Of a stretch of DNA of 62,018 nt, positions 47,566 through 56,497 are shown piece by piece. The stretch is taken from the NCBI GenBank assembly GCA_026415495.1, contig JAOAGZ010000003.1, forward strand, positions 1 to 62,018, written 5' to 3'. Below the pieces are notes generated by a model, which made no database searches, was not told where the DNA came from, and worked only from the letters and a program-made list of their open reading frames with translations. The position numbers and the translations under genes were made by a program. This DNA comes from Ignavibacteria bacterium. Its GTDB lineage: Bacteria > Bacteroidota > Ignavibacteria > Kapaibacteriales > UBA2268. The number at the start of each line of letters is the position of its first letter. Within the stretch, counting starts at the first letter, position 1.

Positions 47566-49437
47566 TCACCTTAAAATTATTACTTTTTTTGTAGTAAACT
47601 GTTCGTTAATAAATAGCGTAAGGAAATATGTACCTGATTGCAAATTATTAATATCTATAGATTGATAGTATTTACCGGGCATTTCATGATAATCGGAATA
47701 CTCTTTTATTATATTACCGTTTATATCAGTCAATTTTATATTAATACGAGATTGTTTTGTTATTGAATATTCAAAATGAGTAATGTTTCGTGTTGGATTT
47801 GGATAAACATTAACGTCATCTAACGACTTAATTTCTAAGTTCTCTGGTTGAACAGATGTTATCTTGTAACAACTATCACAATTAAATGAAATTACTTTTG
47901 TAAGAAGTAATGTATCGGATGGCGAGAATAATAACCTTATATATTTTTGGGTTCCAACTGCGCAAGGATCAATGTTAAAATAGATAACACAACAAGCGTT
48001 ATCATCAATAGAATTTTTGAAATTAGAATATATTGAATCTAAACCTTTCTTATTATTAATGTAATTTACTTTACCAAAAGTGCTTCTGGCTATCGTTTCT
48101 ATTTGTCTTATACCGGTGCTGTCATTTTTACCGAATCCCAATGCTACTATATAAATTGGAATATTATTTGCTCTATTTTTAATTTCGTTTAATACCTCAT
48201 TGTTTAATTGAATGCTGTCACTTGGATATTTATCAGAAAAAGGAACAGTATTTGCACCATCGCTTAACACCAATAGATGTCTTACTCTTTGCTTGCTTTG
48301 ATTTATCTTGTCCAATGCAGCGATGATAGCTTTGAACAAAGCTGTTTTACCTGATAATGTGTCAAGTTCATCGATTGCTTTTGTCAATTTAGTTTTATCT
48401 TTTGTCCAGTCTTGATTTAGAATTACTTCTGTAGCAAAACTCATTAAAAATGTTGAGTCTAATTCTGTTAAACTTGATACAAATTTTTTTAATGCTGTCT
48501 TAGTTGCATCTATTCTTTTTGTTAAATCACCCGGCTGAATGTTTAAATCCATACTGGGTGAAACATCTACCAACAACCCAGTAGACATACCTTCTGTATT
48601 GTCACAATTTATTTCTACATCACATTTAAACACACCATTCTCTATTACACTTATTTGAGATGGGTTAATACTTTTTAAAATATTTTTGAAGCCTGTTGGA
48701 TTATTAGTATCCTGGACAAATATCTTTGACCATACTCTTAACCCTGCTAAAACGTTATTAGAATCGCATATTGCTTCTACGTTGCATATGTCAACTACAG
48801 GTTGATTCTCTGCCTTCTCTTCAATTTTGATTTTTAAAAAACCACAATTATCCTCATATCTTGGTATGATGCTTTCTAATAATACATTATAATTGGAATC
48901 TAATATCTGAAATTTGAAGGGTTCCCCTGTCCCTTTTTTCTCAATTGAATATGTATGATTTAACCTGTTAATCCCAACATTTGGCAACGGTTCACCGTTA
49001 ATTCTAAAGCCTGTATATCTTCTTAAACTTAGACTAAATTCTGGAACAGCAATTTCTCTCGGAGGTACTTCAAATAATTGAGGATCTCCAACCCATTTTG
49101 GCATAACAAAAAATGGGAATTTTACTCCAAATAATACTACTGTATCTGGTGGCCATCTCCAGTTGTCCATTTCAGCTTTAGGCACATCATATACATAAGC
49201 AGCATCTACCCCATAGCATTCATTACTGCCTTCCCGCGGCCACATCGAATAAGTTCCTTCCACTGTAATTATGTATGTCTTCGATGTATCAGTAGTTTGA
49301 GATAAGACAATACTTCCATTTGATGGTAATTGAAGATATTGGATTTTTGATGCCTGAATGTTATAAGAAAATAATATTAAAGTGAAACAAAAAAATAAAA
49401 TTCGAAACATAATTTCCCCCGTGGTTTGAAAAATCAT
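47566..49437 (-). CDS. von Willebrand factor A domain protein with T9SS C-terminal sorting domain
   Basis: 623 aa with a vWA MIDAS motif (LLVDVSPSM ... SGKTA ... LVLSDGAN). The C-terminal VNVYPNPTRNITHFEYSI..SGTYFLTLFINEQFTTKKVIILR is a T9SS CTD. The likely true start is the ATG at 49408-49410 (MFRILFFCFTLILF). Confidence 0.75.
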   Translation of the reverse strand: MIFQTTGEIMFRILFFCFTLILFSYNIQASKIQYLQLPSNGSIVLSQTTDTSKTYIITVEGTYSMWPREGSNECYGVDAAYVYDVPKAEMDNWRWPPDTVVLFGVKFPFFVMPKWVGDPQLFEVPPREIAVPEFSLSLRRYTGFRINGEPLPNVGINRLNHTYSIEKKGTGEPFKFQILDSNYNVLLESIIPRYEDNCGFLKIKIEEKAENQPVVDICNVEAICDSNNVLAGLRVWSKIFVQDTNNPTGFKNILKSINPSQISVIENGVFKCDVEINCDNTEGMSTGLLVDVSPSMDLNIQPGDLTKRIDATKTALKKFVSSLTELDSTFLMSFATEVILNQDWTKDKTKLTKAIDELDTLSGKTALFKAIIAALDKINQSKQRVRHLLVLSDGANTVPFSDKYPSDSIQLNNEVLNEIKNRANNIPIYIVALGFGKNDSTGIRQIETIARSTFGKVNYINNKKGLDSIYSNFKNSIDDNACCVIYFNIDPCAVGTQKYIRLLFSPSDTLLLTKVISFNCDSCYKITSVQPENLEIKSLDDVNVYPNPTRNITHFEYSITKQSRINIKLTDINGNIIKEYSDYHEMPGKYYQSIDINNLQSGTYFLTLFINEQFTTKKVIILR

Positions 49438-49768
49438 ATAATAATTTTTTGATGGTTTAGATTACACACTATTGCTAATATAATATTTTTTCAGTTTGAA
49501 TACAATATTTTTCTGATTATTTGATTTATTAATAATAAATGAAAAATTTTGATTCTTTTCATTAATAATAAGGTCAGTTAATGAGGATTTGTTTTACTTT
49601 TTTCTGAGTATGTCTATGCTATAGATATTTTTGTGTGGATAATTAAAATAACTAAAATCTGTGGCTGAGAATTCGAAGTTCACAATTAAAGCGTTCGATA
49701 GAATTATGATATCAAAAAATATAATATTCTTCAAAAAAATTCGGATGTTTTCCCTTCCAAAAAAATTC

Positions 49769-49793
49769 ATCCGATGACTGGAAGTCATCGGAT
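49769..49793. repeat. Hairpin built on the same TCATC[C/G]GATGA palindrome, upstream of the T9SS operon
   Basis: ATCCGATGACT-GGA-AGTCATCGGAT is a perfect 11-bp stem with a 3-nt loop. It has the same arm sequence as hairpin 3 except that the central C:G pair is flipped. Confidence 0.8.
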
Positions 49794-49944
49794 AAATTAC
49801 TCTAACTATCAATGTAACGTTTTGTAAGTATTTTATGCAAATTTTTACTATATTGTAAAGATTGATTAATTAATTTTTCTATTATTTGAAAATAGATAAT
49901 GGAAACATTTTATTCAAATATATTCTATTATTTGGAGAGGTAAT

Positions 49945-52050
49945 ATGAAAAAACTACTTTTTTTATGTTTCAGTTTATTATTAACCGTTATGAGTGTCGA
50001 AGCACAAAAAAAATCAGCAGGCGACAATCCTTTCTTTAAGCCCTACAATACTCCTTATGATGTTCCTCCTTTCGATAAAATCAAAGAAGAACATTATTTA
50101 CCAGCCTTTGAAAAAGGATTGAAAGAAGCTTATGCTGACATCAAAAAAATTACAGACAACAAGCAAGCACCTAATTTTGCAAACACAATCGAAGCATTAG
50201 AGTTTTCGGGCGAATTACTGCAGCGTGTTTCTTCTGTATTCTTTAATTTAGTTAGCTCAAATTCAACACCTGGTATGCAAAAAATAGCTCAGGAAATTAC
50301 TCCTAAACTATCTAAATTCAACGATGATATTCTTTTCAACGAAAAACTATTCGCAAGAATCAAAACTGTGTATGACAATCGTAATAAAGAAAAGCTATCA
50401 CCCGAGCAATTAAGATTGCTTGAACAGAAATATCAGGATTTTGTTAAAAATGGCGCTCTATTGGACAAAACAGCAAAAGAAAGACTTGCTCAAATCAATC
50501 AGAGACTTTCAACTTTGCAACTAAAATTCAGAGATAATGTACTCGCAGAAACAAACAATTATAAACTATATATTGAAAAAGAAGAAGATTTGCGCGGATT
50601 GCCCAATAGCGTTGTTGAATCAGCAAAAGAAGCTGCTACTCGTGATGGACAACCAGATAAATGGTTGTTTACTCTGCAAAATCCAAGCATAATGCCGTTT
50701 TTGCAATATGCTGAAAATAGAGATCTAAGAGCTCAAATTCTTAAAGCTTATTTACATCGTGGGAATAATGACAATGAATATGACAATAAAGAAATTATTA
50801 AAGAAATAGTTTCATTATCCCAAGAAAAGGCTCGTTTGTTAGGTTTTCCAAATTTTGCTGAGTTTGTTATAAGCGATAATATGGCAAAAACTTCTGATAG
50901 AGTGTTCGAACTACTCTACCGTCTATGGGAGCCGGCAAGAGAAAATTCTATCAAAGAAGCTCAAGAATTGCAGGAATTGATTAATAGAGAAGGTAATACT
51001 TTTAAATTAGAGGCACACGACTGGCGTTATTATACAGAAAAATTGCGACGCGAAAAATATGAAATTGATGAAGAAAAACTTCGCCCATTTTTCCCTCTTG
51101 AAAGCGTTATGCAGGGTGCTTTTACAGTTGCAAATAAATTGTGGGGAATTAGGTTTAAAGAAATAAAAAATGTTCCGGTATACGACCCGACTGTTCGTGT
51201 TTTTGAAGTAACTGAAGAAGATGGCAGCCATATTGGGTTATTTTTCGTAGACTATTACAACCGTTCCAGCAAGCGCGGCGGTGCTTGGATGAATAATTTA
51301 CGAGAAAGAAAAGTTAAAAATGGCAAAACAATATATCCAATCGTTTTCAATGTCTGTAATTTCCCTCCACCAACTGAAAACACACCTTCATTACTTTCTC
51401 TGGATGAGGCAGAAACTCTATTCCACGAGTTTGGGCATGCTCTCCATGGATTGTTTGCCAGCAATGCTTATCCAAGCATAGGTGGAACTAATGTTCCTCG
51501 TGACTTTGTTGAACTCCCTTCGCAAGTAATGGAAAATTGGTTTTCTGAACCAGAAGTATTGCGTAGCTTTGCACGTCATTATCAAACTGGACAACCTATA
51601 CCTGATGAAATAATCGAAAAAATTCAAGCAAGCAGTAAGTTCAATCAAGGATTTGCAACAGTTGAATACTTAGCAGCTTCATTGCTTGATATGTTTTACT
51701 ACACAACAGACAGAATTGATGATGTTACAGAATTTGAAAATAGAGTAGCTCAGCAAATTAATTTACCTGAAGAAATCCCATTCCGTTACCGTTCGACATA
51801 TTTTAACCATATTTTTGGTGGTGGATATTCTGCCGGATATTATAGCTACATTTGGGCTGGAGTGCTCGATAGCGATGCTTTCCAAGCTTTCAAAGAAACA
51901 TCACTTTTTGATAGAGCAACAGCTGAATCGTTCAGAAAAAATGTGTTAGAAAAAGGTCATACCGACGATCCGATGAATTTATATATTAAATTCAGAGGTA
52001 AAGAACCACAAATTGAACCATTGCTCAGAAAAAGAGGTTTGATGAATTAA
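49945..52050 (+). CDS. dcp: M3-family peptidyl-dipeptidase
   Basis: 701 aa with a signal peptide, the zinc motif HEFGHALH and the downstream E of thimet/Dcp-type M3 peptidases. Confidence 0.88.
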   Translation: MKKLLFLCFSLLLTVMSVEAQKKSAGDNPFFKPYNTPYDVPPFDKIKEEHYLPAFEKGLKEAYADIKKITDNKQAPNFANTIEALEFSGELLQRVSSVFFNLVSSNSTPGMQKIAQEITPKLSKFNDDILFNEKLFARIKTVYDNRNKEKLSPEQLRLLEQKYQDFVKNGALLDKTAKERLAQINQRLSTLQLKFRDNVLAETNNYKLYIEKEEDLRGLPNSVVESAKEAATRDGQPDKWLFTLQNPSIMPFLQYAENRDLRAQILKAYLHRGNNDNEYDNKEIIKEIVSLSQEKARLLGFPNFAEFVISDNMAKTSDRVFELLYRLWEPARENSIKEAQELQELINREGNTFKLEAHDWRYYTEKLRREKYEIDEEKLRPFFPLESVMQGAFTVANKLWGIRFKEIKNVPVYDPTVRVFEVTEEDGSHIGLFFVDYYNRSSKRGGAWMNNLRERKVKNGKTIYPIVFNVCNFPPPTENTPSLLSLDEAETLFHEFGHALHGLFASNAYPSIGGTNVPRDFVELPSQVMENWFSEPEVLRSFARHYQTGQPIPDEIIEKIQASSKFNQGFATVEYLAASLLDMFYYTTDRIDDVTEFENRVAQQINLPEEIPFRYRSTYFNHIFGGGYSAGYYSYIWAGVLDSDAFQAFKETSLFDRATAESFRKNVLEKGHTDDPMNLYIKFRGKEPQIEPLLRKRGLMN

Positions 52051-52074
52051 TTTAAAATTAATTCTATGAGATAA

Positions 52075-52109
52075 AGAGGCTACTCATCAAAAGTAGCCTC
52101 TTTTTTTTC
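52075..52109 (+). terminator. Rho-independent terminator after dcp
   Basis: AGAGGCTACT-(7 nt)-AGTAGCCTCT is followed by TTTTTTTT. Confidence 0.75.
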
Positions 52110-52255
52110 TAATAACTTATTTCATTATAAATCGAAAAACATGAAGAACAAAATACAATTAATATCAAACTAAATATTTGGGAATACATATTTTTTTATT
52201 TTTTTTCGTCTATAGTCTATAGTTGAATTATTCATAACATAATTGACTATAAACT

Positions 52256-53356
52256 ATGCACGAAAAGACAAAAGTATTAGTTGCAATGTCTGGAGGAGTT
52301 GATTCATCAGTAGCTGCTGCACTACTTTTAGAACAAGGATTTGAAGTAATTGGACTTACAATTGCCACTCACAAACTTGACGATGACTGCCGACCAGTTG
52401 AAAACAAAAAAAGTTGCTGTTCATACACTGGAAGCTTAGACGCTTATCGAGTTTGTCAAATATTAGGAATTGAACACAAAATTATAGATTTAACAGAGAC
52501 TTTTAAAAATACAGTTATTGATAACTTTATCGCAGAGTATCTTCACGGACGCACTCCAAACCCTTGCGTCGAATGTAATATTAAAATAAAATGGGGACCT
52601 TTTCTGACAAAAGCTAATGAGTACGGAGCCGATTACCTTGCAACAGGTCATTATGCTAAAGTTTTGAAAAATGAAAATAACGGAAGATTCTACATTAGTA
52701 AAGGAATAGATAAAAGCAAGGATCAATCTTATGCTCTATGGGGACTTTCGCAAGAACAATTAGCTAAGACTATCTTCCCTCTCGCCGAATATACCAAACA
52801 GGAAGTTAGAGAAATTGCAAGAAAATACGATTTACCTGTTTTCAACAAAATTGAATCTCAGGATATTTGTTTTATTCCGAACAACAACTATCACTCGTTT
52901 ATAGAAAAGCAAGTTCCAGACATTAATCAAAAAGTAAATAATGGCAACATTATTTTTCGTGGGAAAATAATTGGTAAACATAAAGGTTTTCCATTCTATA
53001 CTGTCGGGCAACGTAAAGGGCTTGGAATCTCCTTTAGCGAACCCTTGTATGTAAAAAAAATCAATGCGGGAAATAATATCATTGAAGTTGATACTTTCGA
53101 CGAAACATATAATAATGGATTAATCGGTGAAAAATTAAATCTAATGAAATATAATGAATTAGATGCAACAAAGGTTTTCTCTGTAAAAATTCGTTATAAC
53201 GACAAAGGTAAATCAGCATATTGCAGAATCAATAGTGATGGTCTATTGCAGGTTGATTTTATAGAAAAAAGACGTTCTGTTGCTCCCGGGCAATCGGTAG
53301 TTATTTACGAAGGAGATGACGTTGTGGGTGGAGCTTTAATTAAAGAAGCACTTTAA
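52256..53356 (+). CDS. mnmA: tRNA 2-thiouridine(34) synthase
   Basis: 366 aa with the PP-loop VAMSGGVDSS, catalytic cysteines (NPCVECN, DICF) and KDQSY. Confidence 0.95.
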   Translation: MHEKTKVLVAMSGGVDSSVAAALLLEQGFEVIGLTIATHKLDDDCRPVENKKSCCSYTGSLDAYRVCQILGIEHKIIDLTETFKNTVIDNFIAEYLHGRTPNPCVECNIKIKWGPFLTKANEYGADYLATGHYAKVLKNENNGRFYISKGIDKSKDQSYALWGLSQEQLAKTIFPLAEYTKQEVREIARKYDLPVFNKIESQDICFIPNNNYHSFIEKQVPDINQKVNNGNIIFRGKIIGKHKGFPFYTVGQRKGLGISFSEPLYVKKINAGNNIIEVDTFDETYNNGLIGEKLNLMKYNELDATKVFSVKIRYNDKGKSAYCRINSDGLLQVDFIEKRRSVAPGQSVVIYEGDDVVGGALIKEAL

Positions 53357-53482
53357 CCAAACATTGAATAAATATCGTTGGCAAGAAATTAAATAAATTG
53401 TTTTATTTTTTAAATTAAATGCTTTATTTTTGGAAAATAATCAGTAATTTTCTATGTTATAAACTTTTATAGTGAATTTAAT

Positions 53483-54442
53483 ATGAAAAAAATTGCAATG
53501 CTTACAAGTGGAGGCGATGCTCCTGGAATGAATGCTCACATTAGAGCAGTAGTTAGAGCAGCAATATACAACGGTTTAGAGATTTATGGAATCGTAGGTG
53601 GATATTCTGGTTTAATTGAAGGAAATTTTATAAAATTAACTCGGAAAGAAACAGCAAATATCATTTCTTCTGGTGGCACAATACTTAAAACAAGTCGTTC
53701 AAAGGAATTTATGAATGCCGGAGGTCGAGCAGCTGCCGCTGAACAATTAAAAGAAAACGGTATTGAAGGGCTTATTTGTTGCGGTGGCGATGGAACTTTT
53801 CACGGTGCTCACGCGTTATGGGAAGAACACGGTGTTCAAGTAGTATGTACACCGGGAACAATTGATAATGATCTATATGGTACTGATTATACAATCGGAT
53901 ACGATACGGCAATAAACACGGCTGTTCAAGCCATTGACAAAATTCGTGATACAGCCGATTCTCACGGGCGAGTATTTTTAATTGAGGTTATGGGGCGTCA
54001 CGCGGGTTTTATTGCAATGGATGTTGGCATCTCTTGTGGAGCTGAATATATTGCTATTCCTGAAATTGCCACAAACTTAGATATTCTATATCAAAGAATT
54101 CTTAAACAAGGAAAAACTCGTCGCACAATTATTATTGTTGGTGAAGGGGACGAATATGGTGGTGCTGCTGTCATCGCTGAATTAATGAAACAAAAATACG
54201 ATATTGAACCTAAAGTTTCTATTCTTGGTCATATGCAACGAGGTGGTGCTCCAACTGCAAGGGATCGTGTATTAGCAAGCCATTTAGGCGTAAAAGCTGT
54301 TGAAGCTTTGCTTGATGGAAAAACCGACGTTATGGTTGGCAAATCAATGCACGATATTGTATATACACCACTTGTTGAAACCTGGACTAAAAAGAAAAAA
54401 ATCTTCAATTATATGATGGAATTATCTGATATATTAGCATAG
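53483..54442 (+). CDS. pfkA: ATP-dependent 6-phosphofructokinase
   Basis: 319 aa with TSGGDAPGMNA, GGDGT, PGTIDND and MGR motifs. Confidence 0.9.
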   Translation: MKKIAMLTSGGDAPGMNAHIRAVVRAAIYNGLEIYGIVGGYSGLIEGNFIKLTRKETANIISSGGTILKTSRSKEFMNAGGRAAAAEQLKENGIEGLICCGGDGTFHGAHALWEEHGVQVVCTPGTIDNDLYGTDYTIGYDTAINTAVQAIDKIRDTADSHGRVFLIEVMGRHAGFIAMDVGISCGAEYIAIPEIATNLDILYQRILKQGKTRRTIIIVGEGDEYGGAAVIAELMKQKYDIEPKVSILGHMQRGGAPTARDRVLASHLGVKAVEALLDGKTDVMVGKSMHDIVYTPLVETWTKKKKIFNYMMELSDILA

Positions 54443-54465
54443 TTTTACTTTTTTGCATATAATAA

Positions 54466-55353
54466 ATGAATAATTTTGTTCTTTACGAAATTTCAGAAAA
54501 ACCTGATGTAATTAAATGGGCTGAAAGGGCTGCCCATATATTATGCGAAGCTAATGTTAATTGCTATGCCCGCCAGGAAGCAATAGAACAATTCTCTGAT
54601 GAAATTCGAGAAAAAGTCAATCCTATTGAACTTAGTGACTTCGGAAAAGTTGCAGATCTAGTTATTACATTTGGTGGTGATGGAACAATTCTATCAGCTT
54701 GCCATAAATTAATAAATTATGATGTTCCTATAATGGGATTTAATGTTGGGAAATTAGGTTTCTTAGCTGAGTTTTCTGTGCAAAATTTGGAAAAATCAAT
54801 TAATAATCTATTAGAAGGAAATTATAGATTAATTGATCGTTCTGTATTAGAAACACAAATCGATGGTAATACTTATTTTGCTCTCAACGATTTCGTTTTC
54901 GAGAAAAAAGATTCTCCGAGAATGATAACCATTCAGGCTTATGCAAACGATCATTATGTAGGTGAATATAGGGCTGATGGTTTAATTATCTCAACTCCAA
55001 CAGGATCGACTGCATACTCACTTTCTTGTGGTGGACCAATCATTTCACCTTCTACAAAAGCTGTTTGTCTTACACCAATTTCGCCTCATTCTCTTACATT
55101 ACGTCCATTAGTAGTTGATGATAGCAGCGATTTAAGATTTGTTGTATTTTCACCTACAGGAAAAGTAAATTTTGTTGCAGATGGACAATTGCAAACAATT
55201 CTATCAGATGGAGACGCTGTCAATATTTATCTTTCTAAAAATAGAGTAAAATTGATAAAACCAATGGAAAGTGCTTTTTATGACTTAATACGCACAAAGC
55301 TCCATTGGGCTGTCAATCCTGTTCAAGAAATCAACAAAAATATTGAGAATTAA
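54466..55353 (+). CDS. nadK: NAD kinase
   Basis: 295 aa with GGDGT, NVGKLGFL and DGLIISTPTGSTAYSLS motifs. Confidence 0.9.
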   Translation: MNNFVLYEISEKPDVIKWAERAAHILCEANVNCYARQEAIEQFSDEIREKVNPIELSDFGKVADLVITFGGDGTILSACHKLINYDVPIMGFNVGKLGFLAEFSVQNLEKSINNLLEGNYRLIDRSVLETQIDGNTYFALNDFVFEKKDSPRMITIQAYANDHYVGEYRADGLIISTPTGSTAYSLSCGGPIISPSTKAVCLTPISPHSLTLRPLVVDDSSDLRFVVFSPTGKVNFVADGQLQTILSDGDAVNIYLSKNRVKLIKPMESAFYDLIRTKLHWAVNPVQEINKNIEN

Positions 55354-55366
55354 TTATTAGTGAGTT

Positions 55367-56497
55367 ATGTTTTATTTTTTATCATTTTTATTAAAAAATC
55401 ATTTTGACATACCAGGAATTGGATTATTTCAATATATTACTTTCCGTTCAGCAGCAGCAGCAATTACTGCTTTAATTATTTGCTTCTATTTCGGACCTAA
55501 AATTATTAATAAGCTTCGGAAAAATCAACTTGGCGAACAAGCCAAAAGAGAACTTGCTACAGTTGGAAATCATTCGCTAAAAGCTGGCACTCCTACAATG
55601 GGAGGTTTCATTGTATTGCTTGCAGTCCTACTCCCTACTATACTTTGGGCAAATGTTTCAAATATGTTTGTTATTCTTATCCTCCTCACAACAATATGGT
55701 TAGGAATTGTTGGATTTATTGATGATTATCTGAAAGTTGTGAAAAAATTCCCAAATGGATTAATTGGTAGATACAAAATTGTTGGACAAGTTTCAATCGG
55801 GCTAATTGTTGGAGCAACTATATATTTTTTCCCAGAATTGTTTTCCTCATCATTTGATAAATACAATACACTGACTACAATTCCATTTTCAAAAAATATC
55901 AATTTTGACTTTGGATTATTATATATTCCAATGGTTATTTTTGTAATGACAGCAACTTCAAATGCAGTAAATTTAACAGATGGTTTAGATGGATTAGCAA
56001 TAGGAACTGTTGGAATTTCAGTGTTTGCTCTTGCTTTAATTGCATATATTTCCGGTAATGCAACCTTTGCCAAGTATTTAAACATAATGTATTTGCCGGG
56101 TAGCGGCGAAATTACAATTTTCGCTGCCTCTATTATTGGTGCAGCCACCCCCCCCCCATCCTTTAATTCTTATCCGGCTCAGGTATTTATGGGTGATACA
56201 GGCTCACTCGCGCTTGGTGGGGCATTAGGAGGTATGTGTATTTTATTAAAAAAAGAGTTTCTCTTACCTATTGTTGGTGGAATATTTTTTGCAGAAACTT
56301 TATCTGTAATAATTCAAGTATCTTATTTTAAATATACAAAAAAGAAATACGGCGAAGGTCGAAGATTGTTCAAAATTGCTCCTTTACATCATCATTTTGA
56401 AAAATGTGGAATACACGAATCAAAAATAGTTACACGTTTTTATATTATTGCCGTAATGCTTGCGATAATAACTATGGCAACCTTCAAAGTTCGCTAA
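55367..56497 (+). CDS. mraY: Phospho-N-acetylmuramoyl-pentapeptide transferase
   Basis: 376 aa with GTPTMGG, NAVNLTDGLDGLA, PAQVFMGDTGSLALGG and APLHHHFE motifs. Note the anomalous TPPPS segment encoded by the C10 tract. Confidence 0.9.
   Translation: MFYFLSFLLKNHFDIPGIGLFQYITFRSAAAAITALIICFYFGPKIINKLRKNQLGEQAKRELATVGNHSLKAGTPTMGGFIVLLAVLLPTILWANVSNMFVILILLTTIWLGIVGFIDDYLKVVKKFPNGLIGRYKIVGQVSIGLIVGATIYFFPELFSSSFDKYNTLTTIPFSKNINFDFGLLYIPMVIFVMTATSNAVNLTDGLDGLAIGTVGISVFALALIAYISGNATFAKYLNIMYLPGSGEITIFAASIIGAATPPPSFNSYPAQVFMGDTGSLALGGALGGMCILLKKEFLLPIVGGIFFAETLSVIIQVSYFKYTKKKYGEGRRLFKIAPLHHHFEKCGIHESKIVTRFYIIAVMLAIITMATFKVR
56148..56157 (+). repeat. C10 homopolymer inside mraY
   Basis: Ten consecutive C encode ..A-T-P-P-P-S.. 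at the position where MraY orthologues carry a conserved hydrophobic GFL-type segment before FN..PA.VFMGD. Confidence 0.95.

Noticed and set aside
49594-49812. 72-aa ORF upstream of the T9SS operon.
   Set aside because: It reads through the palindromic hairpin and AT-rich leader, and has no RBS and no motifs. I treat it as non-coding.
42015-49944. Calling the accessory segment a complete prophage, ICE or transposon.
   Set aside because: No integrase, transposase, excisionase, capsid or tail gene is present. Only a truncated MuF gene and small ORFs remain, so I report a remnant plus repeats, not an intact mobile element.
52206-52250. Tandem TCTATAG-TCTATAG and nearby GACTATAAACTATG upstream of mnmA.
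   Set aside because: It is a short AT-rich duplication with only two copies and is compatible with chance or promoter sequence. There is no further structure.
43-56148. Many track ORFs lying antisense to, or out of frame within, strong CDSs. Examples: 43-327, 809-1018, 3892-4101, 4523-4729, 5321-5590, 8199-8517, 11157-11631, 14093-14329, 14824-15186, 18557-18826, 19807-19992, 23158-23853, 26826-27299, 30824-31120, 33169-34501, 34857-35168, 35390-36742, 37726-38907, 43580-44293, 51007-51648, 55726-56148.
   Set aside because: Each is fully covered by a gene with clear family motifs on the other strand or frame. Their translations are low-complexity with no motifs, so they are shadow ORFs.
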